A DNA stretch of 64,000 nt from Promethearchaeota archaeon. GTDB taxonomy: Archaea; Asgardarchaeota; Lokiarchaeia; Sigyniarchaeales; SOKP01. The position numbers were made by a program, and so were the translations under genes. Below, in pieces: positions 8,936 to 18,606 of this stretch (its first letter is position 1; each line of letters starts with the position of its first letter). A model generated the notes under the pieces. The model saw only the letters and a program-made list of their open reading frames with translations. It searched no databases and was not told where the DNA came from. Location: positions 64,001 through 128,000 of the forward strand of contig JAEOSU010000072.1 of assembly GCA_016840165.1 (NCBI GenBank), given 5' to 3'.

Positions 8936-10912
8936 TTATTTTTTAATTCTGGTATGATTCCTTTTATAAATAACGATTACGGCGAAAAGACTCAATGTAA
9001 AAATAATGACAAGAAGATCGTAGCCAGGAATTCTGGAATCAATGATGGCAATGTTAGTTGTTTCGAAGTAATCAATATAATAATTTGGAACTTGAACAAG
9101 GACGAAATCCTTTACATCACTATAATCTAAGCTTATCCTATTGGGAAGTTGATCTACATCTATAGTGAGAGTTGTTGATCCATTAATCCAATGAAGTTCT
9201 TCGTATTCTAAATATGAGAATTGTCTATAAATCTGAACTGGAATCAATTGCGAGTAAGTATATTGATGCAAATGCTCGTTAATATCATAGATGGTAAAAG
9301 TTAGCATGTTAGTAGCCAAATCGAAAACAGCATTAGTTATATCATATTCAGGAAGATACGCGTTATCAAACCAGGGATAAAAGAACCAATCTAGTGAATC
9401 GCCGGTAATTATTTCGAACATATCTACCAGATCTGATAAATCTGCAATTTCAAAATAAAACTCTCGAAAGAATAATCTTAAAGAGTTAATGAAGGCTGTG
9501 TGTCCCAGAGTTTGGCGTAGTTTTTCAAGAACTGTATTCGCTTTTGTATAGCCAATGTACCAGTAATTTGTCCCACTAATTTCACATTCGGGAACTGATT
9601 GATTGATTTTATTTGGTAATCCCCATTCTATAGAGTATTGGCGCACTTTCTGCAGCCCCCAGTAAGGTTCAAAAATATGCCAATCAGGATGGTACACATC
9701 TTTGTACCAATCTGTTACCCAGCAGACAATTCCCTCATCTAAAAATCCCCAGTCAACCTCATCAACACCTAAAAGACTATAAAACCATTGATGTGCTGTC
9801 TCATGAGCAATAATACTCTCTAAATACCAATCTCTGCCATAACTGCCCGTATAATAATCTGCGGATTCGGTTATATAAACTTGCAGTGGATATTCCATCC
9901 CTCCATAATAAGTATATTCTTGGACTACATTAAAAGTTGAATAGCAATAGTCTCCAAAGGTGTTGTGATAAAGACTAAAAGCATCTACTGCAACATCTAG
10001 GGCAAATTCATGCCAAAGATCATTTGATTTCGAAAGAAAATAACAAGAAACATTGACATCAATTCCAGGTATTATATAGGATTCTATTTCAAAATATCGG
10101 GATGCGGAAAAGGTCGCTTCCCTCACAGGTAAGTGTGGATTATAGTGTAGGATGCTTCTTCCTGCTGTAGTTGTGTTATCCAATAATTCTCCAGTAGCTG
10201 CAACCTTCATTTCTTCGGGAACATTAATTATCAGATCATAATAAGCCATGTCAAAATAGAAAGGATCCCCTACTAGTAAATACGGATCAATATTCCATCC
10301 ATCATATTCGTCGTAGACACAAGGTTGAGGATAAGCACTGGCAAATTTGAAAATTCGTGTGTCATTATAATCCCACCCGTGTTCATTTGCTCGATCAATT
10401 CCTCCATCTGGCAATGTGGTGTTGAATGAAATGATAAACGATGTCCGATTAGTTGGTTGTAAAATTGATGTGAGGTTAACCCACATAAGTTGAATTCCTG
10501 AAAATACTTCAAAATCTAATTGTTGCCGAGGCTCTTCGACCGTAGTCACGTTTAAAATGTCCATGTTACCTGCTCTCGTATTAAATTGCATGCCACTTGG
10601 ATAAATGTGAAATGGTAGTTGAGTAAAATTTACTGGATCATTATTATAAAAATCGACTGTTAAGTTTCCCTCAACAGTAGACGAATCTTCATTCAAATAA
10701 AGAGAAAGATTATAGGAGGAGAATTCATAGCCCGTAAAATTTCCCTTCGAGAACTCATCATAGTTGGATGTAGTTAGTTTTGAATCAGGAGTATTTTCCT
10801 TTAATATATATGTTGATTGCATTCCATTTGGGACAAATATCATACCTAGAAATAAACAGTGAATGAAAACAATTAAAAGGGTTAAATTTATGCACTTAAT
10901 CTTATAATTCAT
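8936..10912 (-). CDS. Secreted M1 family aminopeptidase with Loki-CTERM/PGF-CTERM-like anchor
   Basis: N-terminal signal/TM, GGMEY exopeptidase motif, HETAHQW and LDEG zinc ligands, C-terminal IPGY + TM + basic tail. Confidence 0.92.
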   Translation of the reverse strand: MNYKIKCINLTLLIVFIHCLFLGMIFVPNGMQSTYILKENTPDSKLTTSNYDEFSKGNFTGYEFSSYNLSLYLNEDSSTVEGNLTVDFYNNDPVNFTQLPFHIYPSGMQFNTRAGNMDILNVTTVEEPRQQLDFEVFSGIQLMWVNLTSILQPTNRTSFIISFNTTLPDGGIDRANEHGWDYNDTRIFKFASAYPQPCVYDEYDGWNIDPYLLVGDPFYFDMAYYDLIINVPEEMKVAATGELLDNTTTAGRSILHYNPHLPVREATFSASRYFEIESYIIPGIDVNVSCYFLSKSNDLWHEFALDVAVDAFSLYHNTFGDYCYSTFNVVQEYTYYGGMEYPLQVYITESADYYTGSYGRDWYLESIIAHETAHQWFYSLLGVDEVDWGFLDEGIVCWVTDWYKDVYHPDWHIFEPYWGLQKVRQYSIEWGLPNKINQSVPECEISGTNYWYIGYTKANTVLEKLRQTLGHTAFINSLRLFFREFYFEIADLSDLVDMFEIITGDSLDWFFYPWFDNAYLPEYDITNAVFDLATNMLTFTIYDINEHLHQYTYSQLIPVQIYRQFSYLEYEELHWINGSTTLTIDVDQLPNRISLDYSDVKDFVLVQVPNYYIDYFETTNIAIIDSRIPGYDLLVIIFTLSLFAVIVIYKRNHTRIKK

Positions 10913-11001
10913 AGTAAAAAATTACCGATTAGGTTATTAATATTCTTATAAGTTAAGTAAACTAATAAAATAATGCATTCAATAAGAAGGGAGAGAAATA
11001 G

Positions 11002-11298
11002 TTAACATTCTTCTTTATTGCTATCGTTTGAAAGGAAACGAGAACAAGTATCATCCGTTTTCTTGATAATATGTTCTCTATCTTTCCAAGTTATCCAGGT
11101 ACCGCCAGATTTCTCGAAATGAAAGCCCTCATATTGATCCACCATACTTTTGAGTGTTTTTTTGATAAAACTCCATGAGAATCCAGTTCTATCAACTAGT
11201 TCAGAAATAGCGATGGGATGATTAATCTCCAAATCTTGATTATAAAATTCAATAATCCTTTCTAATCCTGATTTTGGTGTTTTAACTTCGTGAGTCAT
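11002..11298 (-). CDS. Small putative winged-HTH DNA-binding protein
   Basis: ISELVDRTGFSWSFIKKTL helix-turn-helix pattern followed by a beta-wing. Confidence 0.65.
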   Translation of the reverse strand: MTHEVKTPKSGLERIIEFYNQDLEINHPIAISELVDRTGFSWSFIKKTLKSMVDQYEGFHFEKSGGTWITWKDREHIIKKTDDTCSRFLSNDSNKEEC

Positions 11299-11307
11299 AG
11301 TTAATAC

Positions 11308-11327
11308 TACTCATCTTAACTTGAGTA
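11308..11327. promoter_or_regulatory. Inverted repeat TACTCA-N8-TGAGTA just upstream of the wHTH gene
   Basis: 6-bp arms 10-29 bp upstream of the start at 11298. Confidence 0.35.
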
Positions 11328-11408
11328 ATCTCATTTCCTACTTAAAATGAATATAAATTTATATATGAATGTTTACAATATAAGAAATCTCAATTGCTTT
11401 AAAACCGA

Positions 11409-12605
11409 TTATCTCATCTCAATAAATTTACCAGTTTTCATTAGCTCGCAAGGTTGTAAGTATTTAATACCTGATTGAGCACTCAGTTCTTCTAATATTT
11501 TACTCCATTTTTCATAATTTCTTCTACCCGGTCCGAATGGTCCTGGAAGATCCATTCCCGCTAGCATCGTATCGTCAATAGTTTTATAACTAGAAACTAC
11601 TCCCTCCTCTAAAAGCCTACATCCTTCGTTTAATTGAATAGCATAATAAGCCTCTTGATTTGATAATCCTGCTTTTCCTTCATGTTTAGTAACTGGTTTT
11701 CCTTCACTCCACTCGTAAATTCCTTTTCCTGTCTTCCTTCCTAAGTTACCTTCTTTAAGTAGTTTTGTAAGCGTTTTTCCTAGTTTAAATTCAGGTGATA
11801 TAGTTTCTGCAAAATAATTCATAGTATCACGTACTACATCAAGGCCAAAATAATCCCATTTAGCAAATGGCCCTAAACTTGGTGGAGAGACAAAATCATG
11901 ATCGATCTTTTCATAAGGAATGCCATTCTCTGTTGCCTGGTCCAATAACCAATTCATTAGAAGACTTGAAGTAATCGTTAACCGGTTAACTATGAATCCG
12001 GGGCTTTCCTTTTCTATTTTTGCTATATATCTTTTTCCTTTTAAAGCAGGTAATTTCAAACCAACTTCAATCCCAGTTTCAAATGTGGTATTCGATGTTT
12101 TCTCTCCTTTAATTACTTCTATTAATCTAAGTACAGGTATAGGAGTGAAGAAATGCATTCCGATTACTTGTTCGGGACGGTTAGAGGCCGCTGCTATTTT
12201 TGAAATACTCATTGTAGAGGTATTTGTTGCCAATATAGTACGCTTAGGAGCATAATTCCCCAATTGATTAAAAATTTCCTGCTTGAGATCCATGTTTTCC
12301 GGTACAGATTCAATCACTATATCGGCATTCTCAACTGCCTTTTTGATATCTCGAATAGTGAATAGATTTTGTTTGAGTAAATTTTGGGTACTACCTTTAC
12401 TCACCATACCCTTTAATTCCATTTTTTTTAAGCCATTTTCAATGAAATATAAAGCTTTATCTATTGTCTGCTGTGTTCTACTAAATAAAATGACTTTTTC
12501 AAAGCCAGCCATGAGTGCGACTTGCGCAATTTCACGTCCCATGGTTCCGGCACCTATCACTGTAAATTGTTTAATCCAATCAATATTAACCATTTTCTTT
12601 TTCAA
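11409..12605 (-). CDS. 3-hydroxyacyl-CoA dehydrogenase (duplicated C-terminal domain)
   Basis: GAGTMG Rossmann motif, ESVPE, TNTST, GMHFF, PGFIVNR, LGRKTGKG. Confidence 0.93.
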   Translation of the reverse strand: MKKKMVNIDWIKQFTVIGAGTMGREIAQVALMAGFEKVILFSRTQQTIDKALYFIENGLKKMELKGMVSKGSTQNLLKQNLFTIRDIKKAVENADIVIESVPENMDLKQEIFNQLGNYAPKRTILATNTSTMSISKIAAASNRPEQVIGMHFFTPIPVLRLIEVIKGEKTSNTTFETGIEVGLKLPALKGKRYIAKIEKESPGFIVNRLTITSSLLMNWLLDQATENGIPYEKIDHDFVSPPSLGPFAKWDYFGLDVVRDTMNYFAETISPEFKLGKTLTKLLKEGNLGRKTGKGIYEWSEGKPVTKHEGKAGLSNQEAYYAIQLNEGCRLLEEGVVSSYKTIDDTMLAGMDLPGPFGPGRRNYEKWSKILEELSAQSGIKYLQPCELMKTGKFIEMR

Positions 12606-12634
12606 CCTTAAAGACTTTCTAATAAAGAATTGCT

Positions 12635-13690
12635 TTAATTAATTAAAGTTATAGATATTATAGACCATGATATTAACATCGTTGCTATACCCAGAAAGAT
12701 TGATATTGGCAGTCCTGGTAATACTTTGTTCCTTTTTAACCCAGAAATCGTAATTCCTGTTCCAATGATTATTGCGATTGCCGTAAATATCATGACAAGA
12801 ATATCATTTGTCTGGACTAATGCACTGGATGTTAACATACTATAAAAGGCAAGATCTCCTATACCAATTTCTAATTTTGAGGTATCATATTCAGCTTCTC
12901 CTTTACTTATCTTGGTTTCTACCTCATTATCCCCAACGTCATTTCCAGATTTTTCATCCGATGCAATCTCTATCATTTCTTTAATTGGTCCCCTCTTGTA
13001 GAGAACAGCAAAGAGGTCCCAGCATGAAATTCCAATAAGAATCGCCAGAGTCGTCCATAAAGGCATAAAAACACCCATAGAAGCTCCAATTAACAAACCT
13101 ATATATAATACAATAAAATTCTTGCTAATAATTGATTTTGAGGTAAAATACAAATAAAGTATAATAACTGTGAAAATACCAGATAAAATAGGAAGAATTA
13201 TATCTGTTAGGAGATAATATAGGTCAACAATGAATGAAGTTTCGGGAAACTGTATGAAAATAACATAGATAATAATAGAACCGAAAAATAGCGTTAATGT
13301 GAATCCTATTAGCGCAATACTCAATCCAAAAACATATTTTAAGATATTGATCCCCCTCCTCTTAATGATAAAGACTAGAATGAATCCGGATATCGCTGCC
13401 AATACAGTAAAGATAATACCATTCAAAATAGCCCCTAAAACACCATATTCTCCTTCAGGAAAATAACCTCCATCTATCTGGACATCTGCTATGGTAAAAG
13501 TAAGATATGCAAGGATTCCTGAAATTACAACGACAAGAATTATTGGTATTGGATAAAGTTTAGATAAAATACGGTATGTTGGTAAAAAATGGGGAACATT
13601 ATCTTTTTTAATTACTTCTTTTGGTTTCATAGCTTGATCTTGATCCTCGTCTTGATATTGATTTTCATAGCTATTATCTTCTGAACTCAT
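12635..13690 (-). CDS. Presenilin-family intramembrane aspartyl protease (A22)
   Basis: About nine TM segments, WDLFAVL catalytic Asp, GIGD (GxGD), LPGLP (PAL-like) motif. Confidence 0.92.
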   Translation of the reverse strand: MSSEDNSYENQYQDEDQDQAMKPKEVIKKDNVPHFLPTYRILSKLYPIPIILVVVISGILAYLTFTIADVQIDGGYFPEGEYGVLGAILNGIIFTVLAAISGFILVFIIKRRGINILKYVFGLSIALIGFTLTLFFGSIIIYVIFIQFPETSFIVDLYYLLTDIILPILSGIFTVIILYLYFTSKSIISKNFIVLYIGLLIGASMGVFMPLWTTLAILIGISCWDLFAVLYKRGPIKEMIEIASDEKSGNDVGDNEVETKISKGEAEYDTSKLEIGIGDLAFYSMLTSSALVQTNDILVMIFTAIAIIIGTGITISGLKRNKVLPGLPISIFLGIATMLISWSIISITLIN

Positions 13691-13854
13691 AAAGTTGTCA
13701 ACTAAAATTAATATCTTAATTTGCTTTAATTTATGTAATTAATTGTATTAAATAGTCATAAACTTAAATATGTAATAGTAATAGGAGATAGTAGTCAAAT
13801 TAATAAATTCATTGTATTAAACAAAAAAAAAATTACCCTTAAAGATCTGATCAT

Positions 13855-14502
13855 ATGCTAAATAGTGATTATAGAAACATATTATACCCATGTAATTTAG
13901 GAATCACACTATCAGCAGATTTTTCAGAATCCTTAACCGAAAATCTTACACGGTTTATAAATGGAGCATTTGATTCATTCTTTTATAATATATATGTGAA
14001 TAAGTGGAGCCTTAACCAACATTTTATAGTAAATCTTGGAAGAGAAGAAAATATACGCAAGAATGAGCAATTTAATGAGACAGTTACATTGTATCCAACA
14101 AATATATTTTACGCATCTCTAAAACGTATACAAAATCTTCATCGTTATTCAACTTTTAGACTAGGAATAACTAATTTACCTTTATATTCAAGTACAAAAA
14201 AGAATCTGATATTTCTCTATGGAGAAGCTCATATTAATCGAAAATGTGCGGTTGTTTCAACTTATAATTTAAGAGATATTCAAATGAATTTACAGAATGA
14301 GCCTCCAATAGTTAAAGAGAGAATAATAAAGGAATCTATTCATGAACTAGGACATTTAATTTTAGGAAATAATCATTGTATTAATTCTGATTGCGTTATG
14401 AATTATTCTAATAATCTTCAAAAAGTAGATGAAAAATCTATATTCCCTTGTAATTCTTGTGATGAAAAACTTAAAGAAATTAGAGAAATCTATAATTTTT
14501 AG
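13855..14502 (+). CDS. amzA: Archaemetzincin-like zinc metalloprotease (M54)
   Basis: HELGH...G..HC zinc motif, CVM Met-turn, CxxC structural zinc, FLYGEA segment. Confidence 0.85.
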   Translation: MLNSDYRNILYPCNLGITLSADFSESLTENLTRFINGAFDSFFYNIYVNKWSLNQHFIVNLGREENIRKNEQFNETVTLYPTNIFYASLKRIQNLHRYSTFRLGITNLPLYSSTKKNLIFLYGEAHINRKCAVVSTYNLRDIQMNLQNEPPIVKERIIKESIHELGHLILGNNHCINSDCVMNYSNNLQKVDEKSIFPCNSCDEKLKEIREIYNF

Positions 14503-14514
14503 AAATATTACTAA

Positions 14515-15762
14515 TTAGAAAGTAACATTTGGTAAGGTATGGATGAACTCTTTTACTAATTCTACTCGATTCTTTCTATCTTCACGATTATATCTTAAGG
14601 GGTATAATTGATCTATGGTAAATTTGTATAGTTTAACCCATGTTTTCGCTATTTCACTCACTTTATATTGTTGAGCAATTTTCTTTGCATTATTTCCAAA
14701 CTCTTCTCTTAAATCATCATCTTTCATTAATTTAACGGTGGATTCCTTAAATTGGTCCATATTATTAGCTAAATAGCCAGTTTTTCCATGCCTTATGATA
14801 TTTCTTATTCCACAAGCATTAGCGCCAATTGAGGGTGTTCCTTGAGCCATCGCTTCAATAAGTACCAGCCCTTCCGCTTCGATCCATGACCATAAACATG
14901 AGAGATCAGCAGTATTATATAACTTTAATAGATCAGGAAATGGTACTCTACCTGCATAAGTGACAATGTCTTTGTATGCCTTTTTCTTAACTATTCTTTT
15001 CACGTTATCACTAGATGGTCCATCGCTTCCTACTAATATCAGATGGGCATCGGGAACCTCTTTTTGAATGTTTTTAAAAGTTTTTATCACAGTCATCGGA
15101 TGCTTTTCAGGAGATAAACGTGATGCATATAACATAACTTTTTTATCCTCTAAGCCATATTTTTCACGTATTCCGTTTTCTCTTACATCTTCGTAGTAGA
15201 GCTCATGGATACCGTTACTCATACATACTATAGGTTCTTTAAACCTATAATCTAACAATAAATCCTTTTTAGATTGTGTGGCAACATGAACAAAATCATA
15301 TTTATCCAGAATATGCCTTTCATAACGCCAAATGATATCAGATTTAGATAAAAGTTTTCCTACAACAGGGACATATTGAGCCGTATAATAATGCATTGGG
15401 CTATTATGAGTTCCTATCATCGGAATACCTAAATACTTAGACCAATTTATTGCCATTGACCCAAGCGTCGCATGGGTATGAATATGGGAAATATCTAAAT
15501 AATCATGTGGACAGAAAAAAATCTTTTGGATTGGAGCACTTAGTACAAATCCAGTTTTATCCCCAATAATTGCTCCTCCGATATCATGAAAATGAAGAGT
15601 AGGTGGTTTTTTATAACCATCTTGTATACGAGGAGCAAATACATGCACATGATGACCAAGCTTCGCGATTGCTTCTGATAAAAATCTTACAGCATGCGCG
15701 GTCCCATTAATTTGGCTGTACATACTACTAAAGAAGCCGATATTCAATGTTTGCTTAGCCAT
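14515..15762 (-). CDS. GT4 glycosyltransferase (diacylglycerol glucosyltransferase-like)
   Basis: QING N-terminal motif, HIHT, SRLSPEK, EAEGLVLIEAMAQG. Confidence 0.9.
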   Translation of the reverse strand: MAKQTLNIGFFSSMYSQINGTAHAVRFLSEAIAKLGHHVHVFAPRIQDGYKKPPTLHFHDIGGAIIGDKTGFVLSAPIQKIFFCPHDYLDISHIHTHATLGSMAINWSKYLGIPMIGTHNSPMHYYTAQYVPVVGKLLSKSDIIWRYERHILDKYDFVHVATQSKKDLLLDYRFKEPIVCMSNGIHELYYEDVRENGIREKYGLEDKKVMLYASRLSPEKHPMTVIKTFKNIQKEVPDAHLILVGSDGPSSDNVKRIVKKKAYKDIVTYAGRVPFPDLLKLYNTADLSCLWSWIEAEGLVLIEAMAQGTPSIGANACGIRNIIRHGKTGYLANNMDQFKESTVKLMKDDDLREEFGNNAKKIAQQYKVSEIAKTWVKLYKFTIDQLYPLRYNREDRKNRVELVKEFIHTLPNVTF

Positions 15763-16061
15763 ACTGTTTCCCGAAGAATAAGAATATGTTTCATATAAGC
15801 GATTTATGATTATATAAATGAGTATCTAGGTTAAAAAAGTACGCTTTTATTAAAATTTCGGGCGTTTTTTAATAAAAATACGAAATCATAAGACTTATAA
15901 GGTGGTATTTAAGTTTTACATAACGATACGACATTCAGAGATTTAATTGTTGAATTATTCTATAGTTACATTTATTTTTTTATTTTTAATAATCTCTAAT
16001 ATTTATTACTAAACAAACCATACTTAATTCTAACAGAAGTATATTGGAATTTTTATTTAAT

Positions 16062-17285
16062 ATGAGAAAAGTTGCGATTATTGGTGTGGGACACACTAAG
16101 TTTGGTGTCTTAAAAGAGAAAGATTTGCTTGATTTATTGTGCGATGCTTCACTAGAAGCTCTGGAAGATTCAAATACAACAGAAAAAGAATTTGATTCAG
16201 TATATGTTGGAGCTATGTGTCCAGGGGAATTTAATCATGTTTCAGGAATTTCAAGTGCTTTGGTGGACAGGATAAGTTTATTGCCTGCTGCTTCAGATCG
16301 GATTGAAAATGGACCCGCCAGCGGAGGTTCAGCTATAAAGGCAGGATTCCAAGCAATAGCTTCAGGAATGAGTGAGTTAGTATTAGTAGTGGGAGGAGAA
16401 AAGATGACTCATATTGATATTCCAGGATTTATAACTTCAATAGTCGCGACAATCACTCACTCAGAAGCTGAAAGAATCCATGGAGTTTCCTTGCCATCGT
16501 TCGGTGGATTACTGACTAGGGCTTATTTAGAAAAGTATAATGCGAAACTCGAATGGATTTCTGATATTGCCATTAAGAATCATAAAAATGGTACTTTAAA
16601 TCCAAACGCACACTTCCAGCGCAGTATCGAGGATTTTATGAAAAGTGCCATAAAAAAGGGAAAAGGAGACTGGCAGAGTGTCTATGAATTTCTTGAAGAC
16701 GATAAGGTAAATCCCATAATCGCAGATCCCTTACGATTATTTCATATTTGTCCTATTTCCGATGGAGCTGCCGCCTTGGTGCTCTGTAATGCTGAAACAG
16801 CAAAAAGATATTGCGATACTCCGGTCATTATTTCAGGCATTGGTCAAGCGACGGATACTCATATAATCTATGAACGAGAAGAGATGACTGAACTCAAAGC
16901 GCTGAAGATTGCCTCCTCTCAGGCATATAGAATGGCAAAAAAGAGTCCAGATGATATCGATGTATGTGAATTGCATGATGCTTTTGAAATTTTAGAGGCT
17001 GTACAAAGCGAAGATATGGGGTTTTTTGAAAAAGGTGAGGGGGCAAAAGCTGCCCATGAAGGTTTAACTGAAATAGGAGGTAAGATTCCGGTCAATCCTT
17101 CAGGAGGGTTGAAAGCACGAGGACATCCCTTAGGAGCCACTGGTATTGCTCAAGTGGTTGAATTATTTTGGCAATTACGAGGAGAAGCAGGAAAAAGACA
17201 AGTTGAAGGTGCTGAAACGGGGATAACATGCAATTTTGGTGGATTTGGGAATAATATATTATCAATATTGGTAGAAAGAATCTGA
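16062..17285 (+). CDS. Archaeal/SCP-x-type thiolase-fold protein lacking the nucleophilic Cys
   Basis: ENGPASGG (Cys position is Pro), GGEKM, PISDGAAA, ELHDAF, VNPSGGLKARGHPLGATG. ATG at 16062 preferred over TTG at 16044. Confidence 0.9.
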   Translation: MRKVAIIGVGHTKFGVLKEKDLLDLLCDASLEALEDSNTTEKEFDSVYVGAMCPGEFNHVSGISSALVDRISLLPAASDRIENGPASGGSAIKAGFQAIASGMSELVLVVGGEKMTHIDIPGFITSIVATITHSEAERIHGVSLPSFGGLLTRAYLEKYNAKLEWISDIAIKNHKNGTLNPNAHFQRSIEDFMKSAIKKGKGDWQSVYEFLEDDKVNPIIADPLRLFHICPISDGAAALVLCNAETAKRYCDTPVIISGIGQATDTHIIYEREEMTELKALKIASSQAYRMAKKSPDDIDVCELHDAFEILEAVQSEDMGFFEKGEGAKAAHEGLTEIGGKIPVNPSGGLKARGHPLGATGIAQVVELFWQLRGEAGKRQVEGAETGITCNFGGFGNNILSILVERI

Positions 17286-17356
17286 TTTTAGAGAAAGTAG
17301 GATATAATAGATCTTATACTATCTTTAAACCACTTTAAAGGTTAATTAAATTAGCA

Positions 17357-18022
17357 TTAATAAATCACTATAAATTGAAGTTCTGATCCATTTTTATCAT
17401 AACATTTAATATTGTTTAAAGTATATGGAAATCCTACAATAAAGTTAGCACTATTCCGTTTAAATACATGATTTAAATCTTGTAATGAAGGGTTTAAATT
17501 ACCAGACGGATGTGAGTGAATTGTTCCTTGATAATACTGATTTGTAGGGAGTCTAGTAGGAAAAAATACACTTGAACTCCTTGAAGTGATCGCACCTGGT
17601 GGTAAAATAAACTCTGTAAATATTTCGTTTACCATCTTCAGGATGCCTAAAAATTCTTTTGGATGATGCTCACGACATAAAGCTAAAAATCCATCTAATA
17701 ACTCCCTTTTTATTTTAACTTTTTTTGATTGTAGATTTTCTAAAATAGAAACAATTTCATTAATAACATCTAAAATAGACTTAGTCTTACTTCTTTTCCA
17801 GTTTTTTAAAGAAACGACATCATTATACAACTTTTTATATATTTTCCCAGTTTGATTAATAAGCTTAACTCTTGGTTTTTTGGGATATTTAGAATAATCA
17901 ATATCAACAATAATCCCCTTGTTTAGTTCAATTTTAACATGGGAAATATTATTTCCATAAGTTTCAGTATTAGGAAAATATTTTATAATATTTTGATATT
18001 GTTTCTCAATTTTTGTAAACAT
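17357..18022 (-). CDS. JAB/MPN+ (JAMM) isopeptidase fused to an N-terminal UBC/UEV/RWD-like domain
   Basis: C-terminal PKE...HSHPSGNLNPSLQD matches E-HxH-x7-S-x2-D. N-terminal DY..YP.KP.V and W...SILDVINEI resemble the E2 fold. Confidence 0.85.
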   Translation of the reverse strand: MFTKIEKQYQNIIKYFPNTETYGNNISHVKIELNKGIIVDIDYSKYPKKPRVKLINQTGKIYKKLYNDVVSLKNWKRSKTKSILDVINEIVSILENLQSKKVKIKRELLDGFLALCREHHPKEFLGILKMVNEIFTEFILPPGAITSRSSSVFFPTRLPTNQYYQGTIHSHPSGNLNPSLQDLNHVFKRNSANFIVGFPYTLNNIKCYDKNGSELQFIVIY

Positions 18023-18216
18023 TATGGTAAAATCAAATCAACCTTAAAAGAGATTGTTTAAGAGAGCTTATGCTTTATTAAAAATTTATTGATTACATAT
18101 TTAAACTTAAAAGAACAATAATAGAAATAAACAAAATTAAGATCTCAATGACTTGTTTTTTCTATAAAATTTTATAGTAATGAAAGTCTAATAATTCACT
18201 AAGAAACATAAAAAAC

Positions 18217-18573
18217 ATGAATTTAATGTCAAACAATAAAAAAATAAAGGCAGTAAAATGTCATAATTGCGGATTAATTCAACATTATTCCCATTTAAGA
18301 TGCCTTAATTGTAAGAGTGAAAGCTTTGAAGATATAGAAGCTACTGGAGGGTGTAGGTTAATTACATTTACCATTTTGACTGCAGTTCCCACAGAATTTT
18401 TAGAGAAGAGGCCATATGGATTGGGGATCGTAGAATTTGAAAATGGGGTGAGAGCTATTGGACAAATCACTACTCAAAAGGATCTTAAAACTGGTATGAA
18501 ATTAAGACCTATATTTAAAGTAATTAAAATGGGTGGAAAGCAAATTCATACTTATCTATTTGAACCTTATTAA
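18217..18573 (+). CDS. DUF35 Zn-ribbon/OB-fold protein (thiolase partner)
   Basis: CHNC...CLNC, PYGLGIVEFENGVRAIGQ. Confidence 0.9.
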   Translation: MNLMSNNKKIKAVKCHNCGLIQHYSHLRCLNCKSESFEDIEATGGCRLITFTILTAVPTEFLEKRPYGLGIVEFENGVRAIGQITTQKDLKTGMKLRPIFKVIKMGGKQIHTYLFEPY

Positions 18574-18606
18574 ATTTAAATTCATTTTAAAAACCAATTA
18601 ATTTGT

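Noticed and set aside
15845-15878. AT-rich inverted repeat TTTTATTAAAA...TTTTAATAAAA between the GT4 and thiolase genes
   Set aside because: Composed only of A/T in a very AT-rich spacer, so plausibly chance; no transposase or target duplication to suggest a MITE.
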